Made by a program: the position numbers and the translations under genes | Shown here: in pieces, positions 1 to 9,587 of the stretch | Layout of the letters: every line of letters begins with the position of its first letter | Numbering within the stretch: position 1 is the first letter of the stretch | The notes under the pieces: generated by a model | What the model saw: the letters and a program-made list of their open reading frames with translations, nothing else | What the model was told of the DNA's origin: nothing | The model's database searches: none | Source of the DNA: Nanobdellota archaeon | Lineage (GTDB): Archaea; Nanobdellota; Nanobdellia; Pacearchaeales; GW2011-AR1 | Assembly (NCBI GenBank): GCA_020053375.1 | Contig: JAGVNG010000008.1 | Location: forward strand, 1,587 to 65,586 | Length of the DNA: 64,000 nucleotides | Direction of reading: 5' to 3'

Positions 1-90
1 TCAGGATTGTAGAGGGCTCTGACCCTTTCATCCAGCTTCAAGCTCTTCTAGCAAGCTTTGTCATGGCTGGGTTGGGGAAGTAGGTGAAAA

Positions 91-498
91 ATGGCAAGAA
101 ATAATACAATTAAAATAAAAAACAGTGATTTGTTTAAAAGAATATTCTTTAAGGATACGCATGATTCAGACGAAAGAGAGTTTATCAAAAAAGCTTTAAA
201 GAGCTTGGAAGAAACAGTTGAATTAAATGTTAATGCGAGAGATAAGCATTTAAGATTGTTTGTGGAAGCCAAAAGAAACGGATTATTCCGGGGGGAACCT
301 CAGTATCATTTATTAATATACCCTGAAGAAGGAAAAAAAATAATTGGTTTCTCCCTGTCGGGAAAATTAGAATATGTTTGTCAAGTAGAATTATTATCTG
401 ATACTCTAAGTCCGCTAACATTCATGTATGATTACAGAAGAAAGAGATACACCTGTGAAATTATGCTGCACAATCCGCACGATAAAAGGAAAAGATAA
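91..498 (+). CDS. hypothetical protein, ends 3 nt before the rfcL start (likely co-transcribed)
   Basis: 135-aa ORF in the track; no recognisable motifs; tight spacing to the downstream RFC gene. Confidence 0.35.
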   Translation: MARNNTIKIKNSDLFKRIFFKDTHDSDEREFIKKALKSLEETVELNVNARDKHLRLFVEAKRNGLFRGEPQYHLLIYPEEGKKIIGFSLSGKLEYVCQVELLSDTLSPLTFMYDYRRKRYTCEIMLHNPHDKRKR

Positions 499-500
499 AA

Positions 501-1673
501 ATGTCATGGGTAGAAAAATACAGACCAAGAAAATTTGTTGAAATAAGAGGGCAGAACCTTGCAGTTGAAAAAGTCCAGAATTTTATAAGAAATTTCAAGT
601 TCGGCAGGAAAGCTATTATTCTATATGGTCCTCCTGGAACAGGAAAGACAACAATTGCTCATGTGACTGCAAATGAATCAGGGGCGGAGATATTTGAGTT
701 GAATGCTTCTGACTTGAGAGACGCCACAAAAATGCAAGAAGTCTTAAGGCCCGCTCTTGAGCAAAAATCATTGGTAAGCAAATGGAAAATAATTTTGATA
801 GATGAAGTTGATGGGATATCAGCTTTAGACAGAGGCGGACTGAGTGAATTATTATACTTAATTGAAAAAGCCCAGTATCCAATAATAATAACCGCAAATG
901 ACATATGGGACAAGAAATTTTCTCCACTGAGGTCAAAATCAGAGCTGGTTCAGCTAAAGGAAATAGAATACGGGATGATAAAGGAAATTCTCATAGACAT
1001 ATTGAGAAAGGAAAGAAAATTCGTTGACATAAGCATACTCACAAACATTTCCCTAAAAGCGAGGGGGGATATAAGAGCTGCAATAAATGACCTGCAAACA
1101 ATTGCTTATGGAGATGGCAAGGGAGAAGTTCAAATAGAAGAAAGAAACAAGGAAGTTGATATCTTTCATGCATTGAGATCTGTTTTCAAGGAAAATCCTA
1201 AAAACGAAATGATGACTCTCTTTGACTCGGTTAATATGTCTCTTGATGAAATAATGCTTTGGATAGAGGAAAATATTCCTGCAGAATACCAGAAAGAGGA
1301 ATTGATGAAAGCGTATGATGCATTAAGCAGAGCGGATGTTTTCAAGGGAAGAATATACAAGCAGCAATACTGGAGATTTTTGATATACCAGAATATTTTC
1401 CTGAGCTATGCAGTCTCAGCCGCAAAAAGAGAGAAAAAAGCGGGTTTCACTTCTTATAAAAAGCCAACGAGAATATTGAAGATGTGGATGAACAACCAGA
1501 AAAATGCGATGAAAAAGACAATCGCACAGAAGTATTCAAATCTAACACACATAGGGGAAAAGAGAGCGATGAGGGATTTCCCAATCATAAAGAATATAAT
1601 CCGAAATCCCGACACAATAAAAGAATTAAGATTGAATGATGAAGAGGTTGCTTATCTGGAAAAGGAGAATTAA
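501..1673 (+). CDS. rfcL: replication factor C large subunit
   Basis: N-terminus MSWVEKYRPRKFVEIRGQ..., Walker [16 protein letters not shown] Walker B; typical archaeal RfcL length. Confidence 0.85.
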   Translation: MSWVEKYRPRKFVEIRGQNLAVEKVQNFIRNFKFGRKAIILYGPPGTGKTTIAHVTANESGAEIFELNASDLRDATKMQEVLRPALEQKSLVSKWKIILIDEVDGISALDRGGLSELLYLIEKAQYPIIITANDIWDKKFSPLRSKSELVQLKEIEYGMIKEILIDILRKERKFVDISILTNISLKARGDIRAAINDLQTIAYGDGKGEVQIEERNKEVDIFHALRSVFKENPKNEMMTLFDSVNMSLDEIMLWIEENIPAEYQKEELMKAYDALSRADVFKGRIYKQQYWRFLIYQNIFLSYAVSAAKREKKAGFTSYKKPTRILKMWMNNQKNAMKKTIAQKYSNLTHIGEKRAMRDFPIIKNIIRNPDTIKELRLNDEEVAYLEKEN

Positions 1674-1675
1674 GA

Positions 1676-2194
1676 ATGTCACATATAAATATTGAAATAA
1701 AAGCGAAATGTTCTAACCATGATAAAATAAGATGGATACTTAAGTCAAATAACGCAGATTATAAAGGAATTGATCACCAGATTGATACTTATTTTAATGT
1801 AACAAAGGGAAGATTAAAATTAAGAAAAGGAAATATAGAAAACAGCCTGATTTGGTATAGTAGAAGAGATACAAAAGGTCCAAAACAATCAAATATTCTT
1901 TTAAATGAAAATCCAACAACTTCAATTGAAAAAATTCTTAGAAGCGCCCTAAATACAACAATTATAGTTGATAAAATAAGAGAAATCTATTTTATTGAAA
2001 ATGTCAAATTCCATCTTGATAAAGTAGAAGGATTGGGGGATTTTGTGGAAATAGAGGCTATAGATTTAAATGAAAAAATTGGAAGAGAAAAATTATGTGG
2101 GCAATGCAGTCATTATGTAAATCTTTTTGAAACAAAAAAGGAAGATTTTATTGCAGGATCATATAGTGATTTACTGAAAGAATTTCTTGTTTAA
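1676..2194 (+). CDS. CYTH-domain protein (CyaB-like class IV adenylate cyclase / triphosphate tunnel metalloenzyme)
   Basis: EIEIKAK (ExExK), DTYF, GRLKLRKG, GDFVEIEA motifs characteristic of the CYTH/CyaB fold. Confidence 0.7.
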   Translation: MSHINIEIKAKCSNHDKIRWILKSNNADYKGIDHQIDTYFNVTKGRLKLRKGNIENSLIWYSRRDTKGPKQSNILLNENPTTSIEKILRSALNTTIIVDKIREIYFIENVKFHLDKVEGLGDFVEIEAIDLNEKIGREKLCGQCSHYVNLFETKKEDFIAGSYSDLLKEFLV

Positions 2195-2197
2195 ACC

Positions 2198-3253
2198 TTA
2201 GGCTGAACCCAAAGCAGCCTGTATTGATGCCCAGTCAGGAGAGACTTTTAAACCATTCACATAGATTGTTGGGGTTCCCGTTGCTGCACTACTTGCCTGA
2301 CTTGATACCGTCTGCGCATCTGAAAGTGTTTTATCATTATCAAGACAACTGTTAAACTTATTCTTATCCAAGCCTGAAATCTTTGCTGCAATTATCTTAA
2401 GCTTGTCCTTCGAATATTTTCCGTTGTTTTCCTTGCTGTCGTGTGCTGTAAATATTGCATCGTGCATTTCCCAGAATTTGACTTGCTCATTTGCGCACAA
2501 TCCTGCTTCTGCGGCATAAACCGATTCTTCTCCAAGGAAACTCATTGATACATAAACAAATTTAATTTTTCCTTCTTTTGCCATCTTTTGAACTTTCTGG
2601 GCGGAACCGATTAAATCTCCATACTGACTTTGATATTGCGCGTCAGAAACCCAAGTAGGCAGTCCAGAAGCCATAGCGCAGAAAGGACACTGGAAGTCCG
2701 AAAATTCTACGACGACATTTGTTGCGTCATCAGGTCCAAGACTTGGATACAAAGAAGGATTAGAAGTAAAAGTAGATAAGTCGGAAGGTCCTGAGTTGGA
2801 ACTTCCAGAACCAGTACCCGAAGAATCTCCATTGATTGAGCTCAACTGTCCTATTAATTTCCCGTCCTTTGTTATATAAAATGGAATATCTGTACCCTGA
2901 TACAATACATTCACCTGATAAACTCCGCTAACTTCCTTAACAGAACCTATGTTTATGTCAGTTGCGCCCTGTTCCTGTAAAGCATTCAACAAAAGATTTC
3001 CAGCTTCACTTGAGGATATAGCATTTCCTGTAAAGGAAAAATTACCAAGATTTCCTGCAATCAATACAACCACCAGAATAGCTAAAACAAAGGTGGAAAG
3101 AATCCATGGATTTTTCCTCAACTTTTCAGTTGTGTCCGTCCCTTTTGATTGTGTATGACCAATCTCCTCTTCCATCAAGGGGTTAAATAAAAACACTTTA
3201 AAAATATTGTGATAGATTAATAATCTATTTGATAAACATTCTAAACCAAACAA
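2198..3253 (-). CDS. membrane-anchored DsbA/thioredoxin-fold thiol:disulfide oxidoreductase
   Basis: N-terminal TM helix, Ser/Gly/Thr-rich linker, FSDFQCPFCA CxxC motif in a thioredoxin-like context. Confidence 0.6.
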   Translation of the reverse strand: MFGLECLSNRLLIYHNIFKVFLFNPLMEEEIGHTQSKGTDTTEKLRKNPWILSTFVLAILVVVLIAGNLGNFSFTGNAISSSEAGNLLLNALQEQGATDINIGSVKEVSGVYQVNVLYQGTDIPFYITKDGKLIGQLSSINGDSSGTGSGSSNSGPSDLSTFTSNPSLYPSLGPDDATNVVVEFSDFQCPFCAMASGLPTWVSDAQYQSQYGDLIGSAQKVQKMAKEGKIKFVYVSMSFLGEESVYAAEAGLCANEQVKFWEMHDAIFTAHDSKENNGKYSKDKLKIIAAKISGLDKNKFNSCLDNDKTLSDAQTVSSQASSAATGTPTIYVNGLKVSPDWASIQAALGSA

Positions 3254-3367
3254 TTAAAAATCTCTCTGGCTTTTTCTTATAATGTTTATTATTAAGAGGG
3301 AGTTGGTTATAAAAAAAATAGGATTTTTATCTGAACCATTCGGAGGCAAAGAAAAGGTTCAGTTCGG

Positions 3368-5824
3368 ATGCTGGAATTGCTTGCCCGCAGGAGGTTTTCA
3401 ATGGCTTACGACGTAATCATAGGGAGAAATGAGGCTGACAAAAAGAATTTTGGGAACAGGGGGCTGATATACATTGGAAAGGGATATGTAAGAATGGGAC
3501 AATATACTTCCCTGAGCAACAGGATCCTCATGGACATTGCAAGAAGCCATGTAGTTCTTGTGGCAGGAAAGAGAGGTTGTCTTGAAGGAGAAACGCTAAT
3601 TTTTACTGATAAAGGTTACAAGAAAATAAAAGATTTTGATAAAAAAAATGACAAAGTTTTATCATTCAATAAAGAAAAAAAAGAATTTGAATGGGAAAAT
3701 GCTGAATTGTTAGAATATCCAATAAAAGATGAAAAATTACTTCAAATAGAATTAAAAGATGGAAGGATAATTAATCTGACAAAAGAACATCCTTTAATGT
3801 CTTCTTATGGGAAATATGTTTATTATAGAAGGGCTTGTGATTTAAAAGTGAATGAAAAAATTGTTTTGCCCACATATTTACCAGAGGTAGAAGATGAGAG
3901 GGAAAGTTTGCAAATTGCAAGGCTTTTGGGTTATATATTAGCAGATGGAAACATTTTTATTCAAAAAGGAAAATTCAAAGACGGAAGAGGAAAATGGTAT
4001 AATGGGACAAAAGCAAGAATAAGGATAAATAATGATTGTGATGAGGTCCTATCACAAGCTAAGGAGGATTTTGAAAAAGAGTTTGGCATAATTGCAAAAA
4101 GAAAAAAAAGAAAAGATTGTAATTGTGAAATTGTGGAAACAAAACATCAAAAAATAGTAAACAAATTTTTAGAATTAGGAATTCCATCGGGAAATAAATC
4201 AGCAATTATAAGAATTCCAAAAATAGTTTTTGAGAGTTCAAATAAATTTAAAGCGAATTTTATATCTGCATTATTTGATTGTGATGGATATATTAATTCA
4301 TCGGGGAGATATATAGATTATTCCTCAAAATCAAAGAAATTTTTGGAAGATTTACAAGTATTATTAACTCACTTTAAGATAGAATCTGTTATAAGAGTAA
4401 AAAATGCTAAATGTAATGAAAAAATATTTGAGAATTATAGATTATTTATTACAGATAATAATTCTGTAGAAAATTTTAAAGAAATAGGTTTTACAAGCAG
4501 ATTCAAGCAAGAGCGGTTAGATAAGCATAAGTCAAATAAAACAAAAAGAAGAAAAACCCATTATATTAAAGAATCTCTTGTCTGTGTTAAAATTAGTTCT
4601 ATTAAGGAATTAAAGGGCATAGATAAAGTATATGATTTATCTGTGGATAAAAATCACTCATTTATAGCCAATGGGATTATATCTCATAATTCAGGAAAAT
4701 CATATACTCTTGGAGTAATCGCAGAGGAACTTTCAAATCTTCCAAAAGAAGCAAGCCAGAATATAGCATCGCTTATATTTGACACGATGGGAATATACTG
4801 GACAACAAAATACAAGAACGAAAAAGACAAGGGGCTTCTCCAAGAATGGGGATTGAAATCAAAAAACCTTAATGTAAAAATTTTTGTTCCATTTGGGCAT
4901 TTTGACAGGTATCTTGAAAAAGGGATTCCTGTTGATGAAAGGCTTGCCTTGGATATAAATGAACTGAATGCGGAGGATTGGATAATTACCTTTGGTTTGG
5001 ATATAGTAAGTCCAGTTGCAGTAATAATAGAAAGGGCAATAACAAAGCTGAAAAAAGGTAAAGATTATGATATAGATGAGCTGGTTTCGGAGATAGACAA
5101 GGATGAAAAAACTCCGAGGGAAACAAAAAATGCAGCAATAGGATTGTTTGAGGCTGCAAAAACATGGGGAATATTTGCGGGAAAAGACGAGGAGCCAACC
5201 CAAGTCAAGGATTTGGTATACGCTGGCGGAACCGTTGTTCTTGATTTAAGCGTTTATAATTCAATAGGAGCATTCAATGTAAGGGCTCTTGCAATAAGCC
5301 TGATATCCCGTAAGATATTCAACTCAAGAATGGACCAAAGGAAAGATGAAGAGGTTGAGTCCGTGGCAAGAGGGTTGGATTATTCATCAAAAATTGAAAA
5401 AAAGGAAAATCCATTGGTTTGGATGTTTATAGATGAGGCGCATGAATTCTTGCCTCTTGGCTCAAAGACAATTGCAACGGATGCGCTTGTCCAGCTGTTG
5501 AGGGAAGGAAGACAGCCCGGTATTTCATTGGTTCTTGCAACTCAGCAGCCAGGACAGATTCACAGAGATGTTATGACACAGTCAGACATAGTAATAGCAC
5601 ACAGAGTAACTTCCGAGCCGGATGTTCAGGCATTAAATTATATAATGCAAAGTTATTTAATAGAAAATGTCAAAAAGTATATGGACGACCTTCCAACATT
5701 AAAGGGCTCAGCGATTCTCCTTGACGACAATTCAGAGAGAATATATTCAATAAGAATGCGCCCAAGATTTACATGGCATGGTGGAGAAGCGCCTACGGCA
5801 ATAAGCGAGGAGAAGAAATTATAA
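3368..5824 (+). CDS. HerA/FtsK-like (DUF87-type) P-loop ATPase interrupted by an intein; probable true start at 3401 (MAYDV)
   Basis: Exteins join to VLVAGKRG|SGKSYTLGVIAEE (Walker A), FIDEAHEF (Walker B), LVLATQQPGQIHRDVMTQSDIVIAHRVTS; GGAGG Shine-Dalgarno-like 8 nt before the ATG at 3401; the ORF-track N-terminal extension is the conserved leader. Confidence 0.7.
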   Translation: MLELLARRRFSMAYDVIIGRNEADKKNFGNRGLIYIGKGYVRMGQYTSLSNRILMDIARSHVVLVAGKRGCLEGETLIFTDKGYKKIKDFDKKNDKVLSFNKEKKEFEWENAELLEYPIKDEKLLQIELKDGRIINLTKEHPLMSSYGKYVYYRRACDLKVNEKIVLPTYLPEVEDERESLQIARLLGYILADGNIFIQKGKFKDGRGKWYNGTKARIRINNDCDEVLSQAKEDFEKEFGIIAKRKKRKDCNCEIVETKHQKIVNKFLELGIPSGNKSAIIRIPKIVFESSNKFKANFISALFDCDGYINSSGRYIDYSSKSKKFLEDLQVLLTHFKIESVIRVKNAKCNEKIFENYRLFITDNNSVENFKEIGFTSRFKQERLDKHKSNKTKRRKTHYIKESLVCVKISSIKELKGIDKVYDLSVDKNHSFIANGIISHNSGKSYTLGVIAEELSNLPKEASQNIASLIFDTMGIYWTTKYKNEKDKGLLQEWGLKSKNLNVKIFVPFGHFDRYLEKGIPVDERLALDINELNAEDWIITFGLDIVSPVAVIIERAITKLKKGKDYDIDELVSEIDKDEKTPRETKNAAIGLFEAAKTWGIFAGKDEEPTQVKDLVYAGGTVVLDLSVYNSIGAFNVRALAISLISRKIFNSRMDQRKDEEVESVARGLDYSSKIEKKENPLVWMFIDEAHEFLPLGSKTIATDALVQLLREGRQPGISLVLATQQPGQIHRDVMTQSDIVIAHRVTSEPDVQALNYIMQSYLIENVKKYMDDLPTLKGSAILLDDNSERIYSIRMRPRFTWHGGEAPTAISEEKKL
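3578..4690 (+). mobile_element. intein (371 aa) with LAGLIDADG homing endonuclease domain, inserted in the Walker A motif of the host ATPase
   Basis: Starts with Cys (CLEGETLIF...), ends ...GIISHN followed by Ser; two LAGLIDADG motifs (LLGYILADGNIF, ISALFDCDGYI); removal restores GKRGSGKS. Confidence 0.8.
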
Positions 5825-5825
5825 A

Positions 5826-6224
5826 ATGGGTAAAAGAGAAAAGATTCCTAGTTGGATTGAAGAACACCTTCAATCAGAGGGAAAAACAATCAAAAGGCTA
5901 TTTAATGATATTGACTTGGTAAACCCAAATGTTCGCGAAGCTATTGAAAAAGACCCAACACTTACAGAAGAACAAAAGAAATATTTATTAAAAACAGGTT
6001 CTCTTCCTAATCAAGAAAATTACAAAGAAGATTATAATAAAAATACTAAATATAATTCCGTTACTTTCTCTATTTTCATCCTCGTTGGCATCATGCTAAT
6101 ATTCAGTTCACTAAACACCACAGGGTTTGCCGTTGCTAACATGACAGAAGCAACTCCAGGATTAAGTGGTTTAATATTAACAATCGCAGGATTGGTCGGA
6201 CTTTTTCTAACTTTAAAAAAATAA
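5826..6224 (+). CDS. small membrane protein (two C-terminal TM helices), likely in an operon with the upstream ATPase
   Basis: Starts 2 nt after the ATPase stop; hydrophobic C-terminal half. Confidence 0.4.
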   Translation: MGKREKIPSWIEEHLQSEGKTIKRLFNDIDLVNPNVREAIEKDPTLTEEQKKYLLKTGSLPNQENYKEDYNKNTKYNSVTFSIFILVGIMLIFSSLNTTGFAVANMTEATPGLSGLILTIAGLVGLFLTLKK

Positions 6225-6229
6225 TTATA

Positions 6230-6243
6230 GGACTTTAAAGTCC
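6230..6243. terminator. perfect 14-nt palindrome GGACTTTAAAGTCC between convergent genes
   Basis: Lies between the stop of the + gene (6224) and the stop of the - gene (6270). Confidence 0.4.
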
Positions 6244-6269
6244 CCTTTATCCTTATCTTATGGAGAGCG

Positions 6270-6863
6270 CTAAGCATATATCTCAATTATCTTGGCATTA
6301 ACTTTATAGATTTTTATTAATTTTAAAATTTCATCCTTATTTTCAACTGGAACCATGATGCTGCTTTTTCCTAATTTTTTCCCGCCAAGCCTTTCAATCA
6401 GTCCCTTATAGTGCTTTTTGTTTGCTTTAAATCCGTAAATTTTATTTAAAAATGCTCCTCTGTTTTTTCCAACCTTGTCCCAAAAGGCTACAATGTGCTT
6501 TTTTCCGCTGATGCCGGAAGGAACATATTTACCGTATAAAACAATTCCCGTGCTTTCAATGCTTTTTTTCAGGTTTATCCACTTGTCCAATTTGCCAATT
6601 ATCAAATTTATTTTATTATCTATCCCTTTCGATTTAAAAAGCAAGGATTCTCTGCTTTTATAAAAATTTTTAAGCACTTTTTCAATTTCATTTTTTATCT
6701 TTTTGCTCTCTTTTTTAATCCCAACAAAAATATCAACATCGCTTCCTTTTGTTGCTTCATCTTTTGCTGCTGAACCGAATAATATAATTTTTTCAATGCT
6801 TTCTTTTTCTTTCAGGTTGGCAAGAAGATATGATGAAAAATAACTTGCATAAGCTTTAATCAT
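6270..6863 (-). CDS. minimal nucleotidyltransferase (MNT) domain protein, antitoxin-like partner of the upstream HEPN gene
   Basis: LFGSAAKDEATKGSDVDIFV (GS...DxD nucleotidyltransferase motif); overlaps the HEPN ORF by 8 nt. Confidence 0.7.
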   Translation of the reverse strand: MIKAYASYFSSYLLANLKEKESIEKIILFGSAAKDEATKGSDVDIFVGIKKESKKIKNEIEKVLKNFYKSRESLLFKSKGIDNKINLIIGKLDKWINLKKSIESTGIVLYGKYVPSGISGKKHIVAFWDKVGKNRGAFLNKIYGFKANKKHYKGLIERLGGKKLGKSSIMVPVENKDEILKLIKIYKVNAKIIEIYA

Positions 6864-7266
6864 TTTCTAATTCCTTCTTTAAATCAAGAAATAAATTTAT
6901 TCTTTCATTCAAAGCATCTTCTGAAACCTTCTTTCCATAAACAAGCTCATTTCTTTCGCTCTCAATTTTGAATGCTGCATCTAAAATTTTATCAATATTT
7001 TCTATGCTATCTATTTGTGAGGTTATTTGGCTTGAAATAAGTTTTTTGGCATTATCTCTTTTCTTTTTTAGCCAAAGATGGTTTATTTTGGCTCCTGGTT
7101 TTAAGACATTTAATTTATTCAAATAAAATTCAAGAAGATTAATCATGCCGAAAGACAATGAAAATGCCAATCTTCTTTGATGCGCAGTTATCCCCCTGGA
7201 ATCTTTTAACGAACTCTCAATTTCATCCATTACTTCATCAAATATCTCCTTATATTTTTCTTTCAT
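6856..7266 (-). CDS. HEPN domain protein (toxin-like partner of MNT)
   Basis: RGITAHQRR matches the HEPN Rx4-6H motif; helical small protein; classic HEPN-MNT gene pair. Confidence 0.55.
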   Translation of the reverse strand: MKEKYKEIFDEVMDEIESSLKDSRGITAHQRRLAFSLSFGMINLLEFYLNKLNVLKPGAKINHLWLKKKRDNAKKLISSQITSQIDSIENIDKILDAAFKIESERNELVYGKKVSEDALNERINLFLDLKKELEND

Positions 7267-7366
7267 TTAAGACACCTACCAAAAACAATTAAGACACTTG
7301 TCTTTATAAATCTTTCCTCTAAATTTAAGACACTTGTCTTATATTCATTAAGACATTTGACTTAAT
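7267..7366. promoter_or_regulatory. three copies plus a half-site of the palindromic motif TTAAGACAyTTGwCTTA upstream of the HEPN-MNT operon (putative operator)
   Basis: ttaagacacttgtcttta (7289), ttaagacacttgtcttat (7325), ttaagacatttgactta (7349), half-site ttaagacacc (7267); AAGACA..TGTCTT inverted repeat. Confidence 0.45.
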
Positions 7367-7384
7367 AACCAAAACCACAAAACT

Positions 7385-8197
7385 CTAAACAACCTTAAAA
7401 TCCACTCTAATTCTTATCTTATGTGGAGCAATTTCCCCAGCGGTCTTTGTCCTTAATATTTTTATTTTCTTTTTTGCTGTCGCAGCTTCTTTTTGTATTT
7501 TATCTGTAATAATCTTTTTTTCTTCATCCCCGCAAAAATCATAATAAAACACAATTGTTCCTTTTTTGCTCAATGAAAATGCCTCTTTCAAAAAGGAATC
7601 CTTAAGCCGTGGACGGGGCATGACAATATAATCAAAATTGGAGGGAACTTTTTCATTGTTAATCTTTAATCCTCTTTTAACTTTAGTCGCAACATTCTGA
7701 ATATTGCCATTTAACATTATCACTTTATTTTTAACCTTGTTCAATCCAATATTCAATTCAGCATATTCATTCGCTTCCCTATTAATTTCATTTGAATCAA
7801 CTCTTTTTGCTTTTGAATTCTTCGCAATAACAATAGAGTAAGGCCCAACACCTGCAAACATAACCAAAACTTCACTTTCTTTTTTTATCATTGAGGCAAT
7901 CTCCTTTCTCTCATTGCTCAATCTTGGAGAAAAGTAAGTCTTATCAATATTAAACCTGAACGCGCATCCATTTTCATGATAAAGAACTTCTTTTGTCTTC
8001 TCTCCGGCAACATATTTTGTTTCCTGTTTTCTCAATCTGCCTTTAAATTTACCTGTCTTTTCAAGAACAGTTTTTATTGTTTTGTTTTCACTCATTATCC
8101 TTCTGGCAAACTTCTTCTTTGCAATTGCAGAGGCTTTTCTGTCAAATTTAACCAAAGCAATGTTTCCAAGAATATCATATGCTCTTGTGCTTTTCAT
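7385..8197 (-). CDS. Trm5/TYW2-family SAM-dependent tRNA methyltransferase
   Basis: MFAGVGPYSIVIAK motif (Trm5/Taw2 signature DMFAGVGPFS-like). Confidence 0.65.
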   Translation of the reverse strand: MKSTRAYDILGNIALVKFDRKASAIAKKKFARRIMSENKTIKTVLEKTGKFKGRLRKQETKYVAGEKTKEVLYHENGCAFRFNIDKTYFSPRLSNERKEIASMIKKESEVLVMFAGVGPYSIVIAKNSKAKRVDSNEINREANEYAELNIGLNKVKNKVIMLNGNIQNVATKVKRGLKINNEKVPSNFDYIVMPRPRLKDSFLKEAFSLSKKGTIVFYYDFCGDEEKKIITDKIQKEAATAKKKIKILRTKTAGEIAPHKIRIRVDFKVV

Positions 8198-8228
8198 GAA
8201 ACATAGAAAGAGAGAATGTTATTAAAAG

Positions 8229-8690
8229 TTATCGAAGTTTGGATATTTTCTTTTGTAATCCATCAATCTTTCCAGGTATTGCTCTTGCCGCTTTTACAGC
8301 AGAAGTAATATCTGCCATCAATTTTTTTCCTGTATAAGAACTAAAAGTGTCCCTGCCTAACTGATAAGCCATGGATGCATCAAAAGGAAGGTTTGCAAAA
8401 TTCTCATATTTTCCTCCAGCAATGGACATCAAGTCGGATGCAGTTGCAATTCCATACCATCCAAAACCTGCAGCCTTTGACAGTCCTGTGAACCAATGAT
8501 TTTTAATTTTGTCCGACACCTCACCAAGAACATCAAGAGCTCCAAAAATTGCAGCCCCATAAGGATTTGCTATATTTGGGTTGATTGAAATCTTTGAGTG
8601 ACTTCCCAAGAACTTAACCAAACTAGGAAAGAGGAAGTTTCCTCCATAAATCATTATCTTTTTTCCATTATCATTGCTTGTTTTTGCCAT
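8229..8690 (-). CDS. hypothetical protein
   Basis: 153-aa ORF; plausible promoter context upstream; no recognised motif. Confidence 0.35.
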   Translation of the reverse strand: MAKTSNDNGKKIMIYGGNFLFPSLVKFLGSHSKISINPNIANPYGAAIFGALDVLGEVSDKIKNHWFTGLSKAAGFGWYGIATASDLMSIAGGKYENFANLPFDASMAYQLGRDTFSSYTGKKLMADITSAVKAARAIPGKIDGLQKKISKLR

Positions 8691-8810
8691 GAAAGGACAT
8701 TCTGCCTATTATATTTAAATCTTTCTATTATGTAACTACTAAAAAATTACTATATTTAAGAGAAGCATGAAATAAGATAACTTTTTAAGAACAATTGCAT
8801 TAAATTTAAT

Positions 8811-9587
8811 ATGAAAAAAGAGATTGCAATATTCTCATTGTCCATTCTTCTGCTCCCCCTAATAAACGCAGCATTCACAGTCTCTGAAGTATTCTCATAC
8901 ATTGATGCTCAGTCAATTTTCATCATGGTTGCTTTCGGTGTTCTTGGTTTGATGCTTAGTGTAATCTTAAATAGATTTCCTGCTTTTCGAGGAACCCCTG
9001 CCGGAATAATAAGCCTTTTGCTATCTTTAGGAATGACTTATGGAATAAACAAATGGGTTGCAGTTAATGATTTGCTTCCAAGCATTGGAATTTCGGGAGA
9101 TATTCTGGCCTATCTCCCGATGGCATTATTAGTCATATTTGTAATTTCCCTTTTTGTTTTCAAGTGGAAGGCTTTTCTTATATCCGGATTAGTTTTAATC
9201 ATGATAACACTCTTCACGGACTTGGTATATGAAAAAACCATCGTTCTTACAATTGGAATTGTCTTTATGATAATTGGTTTGATATGGGGAATAAGAAACA
9301 GGACAAAAAAACCTCTTCCGCTTCCAACAACTCCGCAAGGACAAGCAGTCTATCAGCAAAAGCAAAGAAACCTATATGATTTGAAACAAAAATATATGGC
9401 TTATCTGTTTGCATATAATAAAAGAGGACTGGCAAAGCACGAGAGAAAAAGAATTATTCAGGCGATGGATATAATTATTGATTATGCAAGAAGAGTGGGA
9501 GTTTCAAAAAGCGATTTCTTGTCAAACAAAATCGGAGGCTCAAATGCAAAAGCCCCCGGAGATTTAAGACCTCCTTTTGATGGTTAA
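8811..9587 (+). CDS. polytopic membrane protein
   Basis: Several hydrophobic segments; basic C-terminal tail. Confidence 0.45.
   Translation: MKKEIAIFSLSILLLPLINAAFTVSEVFSYIDAQSIFIMVAFGVLGLMLSVILNRFPAFRGTPAGIISLLLSLGMTYGINKWVAVNDLLPSIGISGDILAYLPMALLVIFVISLFVFKWKAFLISGLVLIMITLFTDLVYEKTIVLTIGIVFMIIGLIWGIRNRTKKPLPLPTTPQGQAVYQQKQRNLYDLKQKYMAYLFAYNKRGLAKHERKRIIQAMDIIIDYARRVGVSKSDFLSNKIGGSNAKAPGDLRPPFDG

Noticed and set aside
48-272. 74-aa minus-strand ORF at the window start
   Set aside because: It overlaps the 5' region of the plus-strand gene and the rfcL upstream region, and has hydrophobic low-complexity composition typical of antisense ORFs in AT-rich DNA.
8729-8745. Recurring GTAACTACTA-like AT-rich palindromic motif upstream of several minus-strand genes (also near 11133 and 19521)
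   Set aside because: In a ~30% GC genome such TATA-box-like palindromes are expected by chance in promoters. Probably ordinary BRE/TATA elements rather than a specific regulon signal.
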